NCBI GenBank assembly: GCA_950064505.1
Contig: CATMBT010000003.1
Location: forward strand, 51,538-115,537
Reading direction: 5' to 3'
Source of the DNA: an uncultured Christensenella sp.
Lineage (GTDB): Bacteria; Bacillota; Clostridia; Christensenellales; Borkfalkiaceae
Length of the DNA stretch: 64,000 bases
Shown: positions 58,277 to 64,000 of the stretch, in pieces
How positions within the stretch are numbered: position 1 is the stretch's first letter
Layout: every line of letters begins with the position of its first letter
Notes under the pieces: model-generated
Database searches by the model: none
What the model saw: the letters and a program-made list of their open reading frames with translations, nothing else
What the model was told of the DNA's origin: nothing
Program-made: the position numbers and the translations under genes

Positions 58277-59065
58277 TTATTTTTTGTTTTGCGATTTATT
58301 AAACAAATATTCAAAAATTTGCTTATTTTTAACACAATCCCCCCTCAAATAGGTTATTTTAAACTTTTTAACTGTTTGGTGGTCAAAAATCCCTGTCTGG
58401 GGATAAAAGTGGACATTTTTCCCTAAAATGTCATAAAAATGCCTTGCCGTTCCCTCAATTCCGTCGAATACGGGACAGTTATAACGCCGCTTGATTTGCT
58501 CTGACGAAAAAGCGTAATGTGTACAGCCCAATACAACGCAATCGGCTGTTTCGTCGGGTAAGAGCCCTTGCGGCAATTCTTCGGGCAACGCATATATATT
58601 TTGCTCCAAATACTCCGCCAATCCCACGCAACCTACGGCAACGGTATCGGGAGGAGCAAAGCGCGCAAGTAAATTTTTAAACGCCTCGCTGTTCACCGTG
58701 CTTTCGGTGGCAAGAACCAGACATCTCCCCCCTGTCTTAGCCGCCTGTTTGACTGCGGGCTGTATTCCGATTACGGGAAAAGAGTACCTTGCTCTCAGTC
58801 TGTCTATACACTGCGCCGTTACAGTGTTGCACGCCACGACAAGAGCAGACGGGTCGAGCGCTTCAATGCCGTCAAGCGCTTTAATGACCAATTCGAAAAT
58901 TTCATCGCCGCTCCTGTTACCGTAAGGAACGTTAGTATTGTCGGATACGTAATAATAGTGCACGTCGGGTCGGAGACCAGCGCAGGCACAGAGCAGATTG
59001 AGCCCGCCTATACCGCTATCGAAAACAATCGCCGAAATTTCGCGCCGACCGTTAATCTTTTCCAT
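58277..59065 (-). CDS. murI: glutamate racemase
   Basis: 262 aa. Motifs VFDSGIGGL, ACNT and GCTHY, which include both catalytic Cys residues. Confidence 0.93.
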   Translation of the reverse strand: MEKINGRREISAIVFDSGIGGLNLLCACAGLRPDVHYYYVSDNTNVPYGNRSGDEIFELVIKALDGIEALDPSALVVACNTVTAQCIDRLRARYSFPVIGIQPAVKQAAKTGGRCLVLATESTVNSEAFKNLLARFAPPDTVAVGCVGLAEYLEQNIYALPEELPQGLLPDETADCVVLGCTHYAFSSEQIKRRYNCPVFDGIEGTARHFYDILGKNVHFYPQTGIFDHQTVKKFKITYLRGDCVKNKQIFEYLFNKSQNKK

Positions 59066-59129
59066 ATAATATAAATATTAAAGCCGATAAAATAATATTA
59101 AAAAAAATGTAAAAGACGATTAAAAACAG

Positions 59130-59158
59130 TTTACAAGCGCATATTTTTATGATAAAAT
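59130..59158 (+). promoter_or_regulatory. promoter for rpsT
   Basis: TTTACA (59130-59135), a 17-nt spacer, then TAAAAT (59153-59158), preceded by TGa (extended -10). Confidence 0.55.
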
Positions 59159-59203
59159 TACACAAGATTTAAGTTGAATATATCCAAAAAAGGAGAGACA
59201 GAC

Positions 59204-59467
59204 GTGCCTAATATAAAATCAGCAAAGAAGCGCACCTTAGTTACAGAAAAGAAAACCGAGCAGAACAAGATTGTCAAAACTCAGGTAAAGAACCAGATCA
59301 AGAAATTCCTTGCAGTTGTTCAGAGCGGAGATAAGGCGGCTGCCACGGCTCTCTTCCCCGAAGTATGCTCCACCATCGACGGCGCAGTAACAAAGGGCGT
59401 TTTAAAGAAGAATACTGCGGCTAACAAGAAGTCGGGGCTTGCCAAAAAGCTCAACGCTATGGCGTAA
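59204..59467 (+). CDS. rpsT: 30S ribosomal protein S20
   Basis: 87 aa from a GTG start (VPNIKSAKKRTLV...). AGGAG lies 8 nt upstream. The track ORF starts 10 codons earlier without an RBS. Confidence 0.93.
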   Translation: MPNIKSAKKRTLVTEKKTEQNKIVKTQVKNQIKKFLAVVQSGDKAAATALFPEVCSTIDGAVTKGVLKKNTAANKKSGLAKKLNAMA

Positions 59468-59491
59468 AATATCGCAATAAGAAATTAATTT

Positions 59492-59527
59492 ACACGGACG
59501 TTTTGCGCGCCCGTGTTTTTTCTTTTT
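59492..59527 (+). terminator. intrinsic terminator after rpsT (first of two)
   Basis: Stem ACACGG...CCGTGT followed by TTTTTTCTTTTT. Confidence 0.7.
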
Positions 59528-59528
59528 C

Positions 59529-59554
59529 GGAGGGATTGGCACCCCTCCTTTTTT
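59529..59554 (+). terminator. second terminator hairpin after rpsT
   Basis: Stem GGAGGG/CCCTCC with an 8-nt loop, followed by TTTTTT. Confidence 0.6.
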
Positions 59555-59622
59555 GTTATTTCCTTTCATTTTCAGCGCTAAAAATTAAAAATATTAACAC
59601 TTTCAATAGTAGCGAAAATTTA

Positions 59623-59651
59623 TTGACATTATATGTGCATATATATATAAT
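59623..59651 (+). promoter_or_regulatory. consensus sigma-A promoter for the XRE/cupin regulator and pot operon
   Basis: TTGACA (59623-59628), a 17-nt spacer, then TATAAT (59646-59651). Confidence 0.7.
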
Positions 59652-59743
59652 TTTTAGCGTCGTTTATTTTTACTAAACTTTTAGTTTATTTTTAATAATC
59701 GTTTAGTAAAATTAAACAAAAAACTTAATTAAGATGGTAATTT

Positions 59744-60277
59744 ATGGAAATCGGTTCAAAAATCAAACGCTTACGGCAACAGTTAAACCTGTCGCAATCG
59801 GAGCTTGCGGACCGCTGCGAGCTGACTAAGGGATACATCTCTCAGCTCGAAAACGATTTGACTTCCCCCTCGATTGCAACTTTGATGGACATATTGTCCG
59901 CGCTTGGCACAAGCCCGTCGGAATTTTTCAAAAAAGACGACGACGCGCGAGTCACCTTTTCGGAAAACGACTTTATAGAAAAGCACGACGACGGAATGGT
60001 CTTCAAGTGGATTATACCCAACGCGCAGAAAAACGAAATGGAGCCCGTTCTGGTAGAACTGCTTCCCGCGGCGTCCACCCCTCTCGATTTCCCTCACGAG
60101 GGCGAGGAGTTCGGCTACGTGTTGGAGGGCAGAATCTGCATAACGCTGGGTGAGAGCAAGTACAACTGCAAAAAGGGCGAAACCTTTTATTACACGGCAA
60201 ACAAATCACACAATATCAAGAACACAGGCAAAACGTTAGCCAGATTTATCTGGATTTCCACGCCGCCCAATTTTTAA
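59744..60277 (+). CDS. XRE-family HTH regulator with a C-terminal cupin domain
   Basis: 177 aa. HTH region IKRLRQQLNLSQSELADRCELTKGYISQLEN, then a cupin-type beta-barrel (HEGEEFGYVLEG...GETFYY). Only 12 nt separate it from potA. Confidence 0.85.
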   Translation: MEIGSKIKRLRQQLNLSQSELADRCELTKGYISQLENDLTSPSIATLMDILSALGTSPSEFFKKDDDARVTFSENDFIEKHDDGMVFKWIIPNAQKNEMEPVLVELLPAASTPLDFPHEGEEFGYVLEGRICITLGESKYNCKKGETFYYTANKSHNIKNTGKTLARFIWISTPPNF

Positions 60278-60289
60278 GGAGAAACACAA

Positions 60290-61798
60290 ATGAACTCAGA
60301 CAACATCATTGAGCTGATTGACGTAAAGAAGGTATTCGACGACGAAACGATTGCCGTAGACAACTTCAATCTCGAAGTAAAAAAAGGTGAATTTGTTACT
60401 TTTTTAGGTCCGTCGGGTTGCGGTAAGACCACGACGCTTCGAATGATTGCGGGCTTCGAATTGCCGACCTCGGGCAAAATTTTGTTGAACGGCGAGGACA
60501 TAAGCAAACTGCCCCCCAACAAACGCCCGGTAAACACCGTCTTTCAGAAATACGCTCTGTTCCCCCATCTCAACATTTACGAAAACATAGCGTTCGGACT
60601 GCGCCTTAAAAGGATCGAAACGACCGTTACCGACAGTAAAGGCAACGCGCGCGTTAAAAAAGTAAAGCTTAGCAAGAGCGAAATAGACAAAAAGGTCAAA
60701 AAAGCGCTTGAAATAGTCGACCTCGAGGGATTTGAGAAGCGTAGCGTTTCCACGCTCTCGGGCGGACAGCAACAGCGAATTGCTATTGCCCGCGCTATCG
60801 TAAACGAGCCCGAAATCCTGCTTTTGGACGAACCTCTCGGCGCGCTCGACCTCAAAATGCGCAAAGAAATGCAGATAGAGCTGAAAAATATGCACAAAAA
60901 ATTGGGCATTACGTTTATCTACGTTACGCACGACCAGGAAGAAGCGCTTACAATGTCCGATAAAATAGTTGTTATAAATGACGGCGAAATTCAGCAGATA
61001 GGTACTCCCACCCAGATTTATAACGAGCCGAACAACACGTTCGTAGCCGACTTTATTGGCGAAAGCAACATTTTCAACGGCACGGTTGTGGGCACGCTCA
61101 AAGTCAAGTTCTGCGGCGCAACCTTCGATTGTCTTGACGACTTCGAAATCAACGATATGGTTGACGTCGTAGTGCGCCCCGAGGACATCAAAATCTGCGC
61201 CCCCACCGAGGGTCAGCTCAAAGGTAAAGTTATTTCAACCGTATTCAAGGGCGTTCACTACGAGATAACCGTCGGAGTGGGAAAGTTTGAAATTGTCATT
61301 CAGAGCACTTCGAGCGCGGAAGTCGGCGCAACGATAGGAATGCGCGTCGAGCCAGACGGTATACACCTTATGAGAAAGGTCTATACGGTAAACAAATACG
61401 ACGGCGTTATAACAAAGAACAACACGGTTGAATTCGGCGACGGCGAATTCGAGTGCGATTTGACTCAGCTTTACCCCAACTCCGTCATTGACGAGGAGGG
61501 TTATCTTGTAACCGCGCAGGGAGAAAAGCTCGATTTGACGGGCATTGAAGTCGAGGTCGAAGTGGATACGCACGATATGGAAATGAGCGACGACAAATCG
61601 GCGGGCGGCGTTGTCGGCAACATTATATCGATGATTTATAAGGGCGACCACTACCGCTACATCGTCAGAACGGACGAAAACGAAGAAGATTACGTGCTCT
61701 CCTGCCCCGATATGTGGAACACGGGCGACCTTGTAAGTATTATTATTCCAAGGGAAAAGATAAAGCTAAGATTGAAGACGGAGGAGGAAAACAAGTGA
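60290..61798 (+). CDS. potA: spermidine/putrescine ABC transporter ATP-binding protein, extended form
   Basis: 502 aa. Walker A GPSGCGKTT, signature LSGGQQQR and Walker B LLLDEP. It has an internal insertion and an extra C-terminal TOBE-like segment. Confidence 0.88.
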   Translation: MNSDNIIELIDVKKVFDDETIAVDNFNLEVKKGEFVTFLGPSGCGKTTTLRMIAGFELPTSGKILLNGEDISKLPPNKRPVNTVFQKYALFPHLNIYENIAFGLRLKRIETTVTDSKGNARVKKVKLSKSEIDKKVKKALEIVDLEGFEKRSVSTLSGGQQQRIAIARAIVNEPEILLLDEPLGALDLKMRKEMQIELKNMHKKLGITFIYVTHDQEEALTMSDKIVVINDGEIQQIGTPTQIYNEPNNTFVADFIGESNIFNGTVVGTLKVKFCGATFDCLDDFEINDMVDVVVRPEDIKICAPTEGQLKGKVISTVFKGVHYEITVGVGKFEIVIQSTSSAEVGATIGMRVEPDGIHLMRKVYTVNKYDGVITKNNTVEFGDGEFECDLTQLYPNSVIDEEGYLVTAQGEKLDLTGIEVEVEVDTHDMEMSDDKSAGGVVGNIISMIYKGDHYRYIVRTDENEEDYVLSCPDMWNTGDLVSIIIPREKIKLRLKTEEENK

Positions 61799-62595
61799 AA
61801 GTTAAACTCCGTTTTTCAAGAAGTCAGCTCTGCATACCGTACGCCGCTTTTTTGATTTTGTTCGTAATAGCGCCGTTGCTCGTAATCGTATATTACGCCT
61901 TTACAAACGGTCAGGGGCATTTTACGTTCGATAACTTTATAAACTTCTTCTCCAATACAAACACGATAGGCACACTGCTTTACAGTATGCTGTTGGCAAT
62001 AACGGCAACTCTTATCTGCCTTATAATCGCCTATCCCACCGCATATATTCTTGCGCGTAGCGGTTTCAAAAAACAACACGTACTGCTTTTGTTGTTTATT
62101 TTACCTATGTGGATAAACTTTACGCTGAGAATTACTGCGCTTAAAGAGGTTTTGAGCGTCATAGAGGGCAACATATCCCTTCACCCTTTCCTCAACTCGG
62201 TCATAGGAATGACGTACGATTTCCTGCCTTTTATGATATTGCCGCTGTACACCTCGTTTTTAAAACTCGACAAAAGCCTTTTGGAAGCGGCTTCCGACCT
62301 CGGCGCAAATAAATTTTTCGTATTTCTTAACGTTACGCTGCCTCTATCCGTTCCCGCAATAGTTTCCGGAATAACGATGGTGTTGCTCCCCTCTATGACG
62401 AACTACGTCGTTTTGGATATGTTATATAACAGCACTTTCATTATGGGTAGCCTTATCGGAAGCTATTTCAGCGCAAAGGATTGGCACAACGGCTCTATGA
62501 TTTCGCTGATACTGCTAATCATTATATTTATTGTAACGATAGTGACCAACCGTTTCAGCGACAAAGATACCGACGCAAGGAGGACCGTACTGTGA
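61795..62595 (+). CDS. potB: spermidine/putrescine ABC transporter permease
   Basis: 266 aa from a GTG that overlaps the potA stop (GTGA). GGAGGAGG lies upstream. About 6 TM helices with the EAA-loop region LLEAASDLGAN. Confidence 0.85.
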   Translation: MKVKLRFSRSQLCIPYAAFLILFVIAPLLVIVYYAFTNGQGHFTFDNFINFFSNTNTIGTLLYSMLLAITATLICLIIAYPTAYILARSGFKKQHVLLLLFILPMWINFTLRITALKEVLSVIEGNISLHPFLNSVIGMTYDFLPFMILPLYTSFLKLDKSLLEAASDLGANKFFVFLNVTLPLSVPAIVSGITMVLLPSMTNYVVLDMLYNSTFIMGSLIGSYFSAKDWHNGSMISLILLIIIFIVTIVTNRFSDKDTDARRTVL

Positions 62596-63404
62596 AAAAA
62601 GCATTTTCCTGCGTATGGCTGGGCGTAGTCCTTCTGTTAACTTACATACCCATACTCATAATCGCGGTTTACAGCTTTACCGACGCGAGTATGGTCGGTG
62701 GCAATATCCACGGATTTTCGTTTGAAAATTACGCAAACCTCTTTAAAAACGAAGAACTGCGCGCAATGATTATAGGCACTGTTTTACTTGCTATCGGCTC
62801 TGCATTTCTCGCAACCGTTTTAGCTACGCTTGGAGCAATCGGCGCCCACTATTCCAAACGCACCCCCAAACTGCTCCTCAATACGGCAAATCAAATTCCC
62901 GTAGTAAACGCGGACGTCGTAACGGGCTTTTCGGTCTGCGTGCTTATGATTATTTTACTCGGAATAGGCAAGGACACGTTCGTACCGCTCGTTATCGGTC
63001 ACGTCGTGCTGTGCGCGCCCTTCGTGTACCTTTCGATTATTCCAAAGCTAAAACAGCTCGACAACAATCTTTACGAGGCGGCGCTCGATTTGGGCGCAAC
63101 TCCCGCGCAAGCGCTCTTCAAAGTAATTTTGCCGCAACTTATTCCCGGTATTCTTTCGGGCTTTATGCTCGCCGTAACGCTATCGTTGGACGATTATTTT
63201 ATCACAACCTACACAAAGCCCTCTACCTTTGACACAATAAGCACTTACGTAGTAAACGCGACGCGCGGGAGCCAGACGGAAGTCAAAACGGCTCTGTGGG
63301 CGCTAAGCACGGTAATATTTTTAATTGTTGTTGCCGTCGTAATCGTTATGAACGTTATGTCGGTAAAAAAATCAGGGAGAAAGACCAATGAGAAAGTTGC
63401 CTAA
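62592..63404 (+). CDS. potC: spermidine/putrescine ABC transporter permease
   Basis: 270 aa from a GTG that overlaps the potB stop. GGAGG lies upstream. EAA-loop region LYEAALDLGAT. Confidence 0.85.
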   Translation: MKKAFSCVWLGVVLLLTYIPILIIAVYSFTDASMVGGNIHGFSFENYANLFKNEELRAMIIGTVLLAIGSAFLATVLATLGAIGAHYSKRTPKLLLNTANQIPVVNADVVTGFSVCVLMIILLGIGKDTFVPLVIGHVVLCAPFVYLSIIPKLKQLDNNLYEAALDLGATPAQALFKVILPQLIPGILSGFMLAVTLSLDDYFITTYTKPSTFDTISTYVVNATRGSQTEVKTALWALSTVIFLIVVAVVIVMNVMSVKKSGRKTNEKVA

Positions 63405-64000
63405 ATTTATATTGACCGTCGCGGCGGCGGGCGCTCTCACCGTGGGTATGCTGCCGCTGTCTGCCTGCTCCTCCTCCGGCAAAGAAGTCGTTTTGAGAGT
63501 TTCCAATTGGGAGGAATATATCGACCTCGGCGATTGGGACGACGACGAACTCATTGAAATTGATAACCCGTACGCGCCCGAGCTCGGCGGCGTTATAGGA
63601 ATTAACAGCATTGTTGACGATTTTACGGAATGGTTTAACAACGGCGACCACGGTTTTAACATACGGGTCGAATACTCAACCTTCGGAACTAACGAGGATT
63701 TATATAACCGCCTCAATTTAGGAGACACCTACGACCTTGTTTGCCCCTCCGAATATATGATTATGCAGCTCGTAAACGAGGGAAGAGTCGAGAAATACTC
63801 AGAAAGCTTTCACGATAAAAATATTCAAACAAACTATTACGCCAGAAACGTTTCCCCCTACATTGACGGAGTTTTTACAGAAAACGGCTGGAAAGAGTAC
63901 GCGGCATGCTATATGTTGGGAACGACAGGCATAGTTTACAATCCGGAAATCGTATCCGCCGAAGACGTTTCGAGCTGGAGCGTTTTAAAAAATCCCGAAT
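63388..64000 (+). CDS. potD: spermidine/putrescine-binding lipoprotein, partial (runs off the window end)
   Basis: ATG at 63388 preceded by AGGGAGA. Signal peptide with lipobox LSAC (MRKLPKFILTVAAAGALTVGMLPLSACSS). The frame stays open to position 64000. It is not in the track because it has no stop in the window. Confidence 0.8.
   Translation, partial: MRKLPKFILTVAAAGALTVGMLPLSACSSSGKEVVLRVSNWEEYIDLGDWDDDELIEIDNPYAPELGGVIGINSIVDDFTEWFNNGDHGFNIRVEYSTFGTNEDLYNRLNLGDTYDLVCPSEYMIMQLVNEGRVEKYSESFHDKNIQTNYYARNVSPYIDGVFTENGWKEYAACYMLGTTGIVYNPEIVSAEDVSSWSVLKNPE

Noticed and set aside
59174-59203. 10-codon extension of rpsT, and the analogous extensions of potB (61714-61794) and potC (62481-62591)
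   Set aside because: In each case a GTG start preceded by a strong AGGAG/GGAGG and overlapping the upstream stop gives the canonical protein N-terminus. The longer track ORFs lie inside the preceding genes.

Overview
This is a 64 kb chromosomal segment from a Gram-positive, Bacillota/Clostridia-like bacterium. Supporting signs are GGAGG-type ribosome binding sites, the presence of rny, a SpoVD-like penicillin-binding protein, and the gene orders mutS-mutL-miaA and rimO-pgsA-cinA-recA-rny. About 90 percent of the genes lie on the minus strand and are tightly packed.

Reading the minus strand from high to low coordinates:
- murI, then a dcw cell-wall/division cluster: mraZ-rsmH-ftsL-like-class B PBP-murE-mraY-murD-ftsW-murA-ftsQ.
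- A two-gene orphan cassette.
- ftsA-ftsZ, murC, a stand-alone ilvC, and ftsK.
- rimO-pgsA-cinA-recA-nadE-rny.
- A thioesterase and a YgjP-like gene.
- A long arginine/carbamoyl-phosphate block, argG-argC-argJ-argB-argD-argF-carA-carB, that runs straight into a cysteine desulfurase gene and thiI.
- miaB-mutS-mutL-miaA, a YnbB-like gene, a GNAT and a hydrolase.

Plus-strand genes are a class A PBP, a large PadR-like membrane protein, rpsT, and an XRE/cupin regulator followed by potABCD.

I found no rRNA, tRNA, CRISPR array, transposase, integrase or recognisable defence system. The window is mostly ordinary core genome, and I cannot support a claim of a new multi-gene system.

The observations most worth a second look are:
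1. carB reads in frame, with no stop, into a full-length DapF-like epimerase domain whose first catalytic Cys is replaced by Ala.
2. A 627-aa PadR-type regulator carries a Gln-rich 78-bp tandem repeat and a C-terminal multi-helix membrane domain.
3. An atypical two-ORF cassette sits between ftsQ and ftsA. It follows three tandem terminators, and its strong RBS+ATG is 1 nt out of frame with the long ORF.
4. A structured, terminator-like leader lies directly upstream of murA.
5. Near-consensus CodY boxes and a perfect 18-bp palindrome lie upstream of ilvC.

All product names come from motifs and gene order read by eye. No database search was run.
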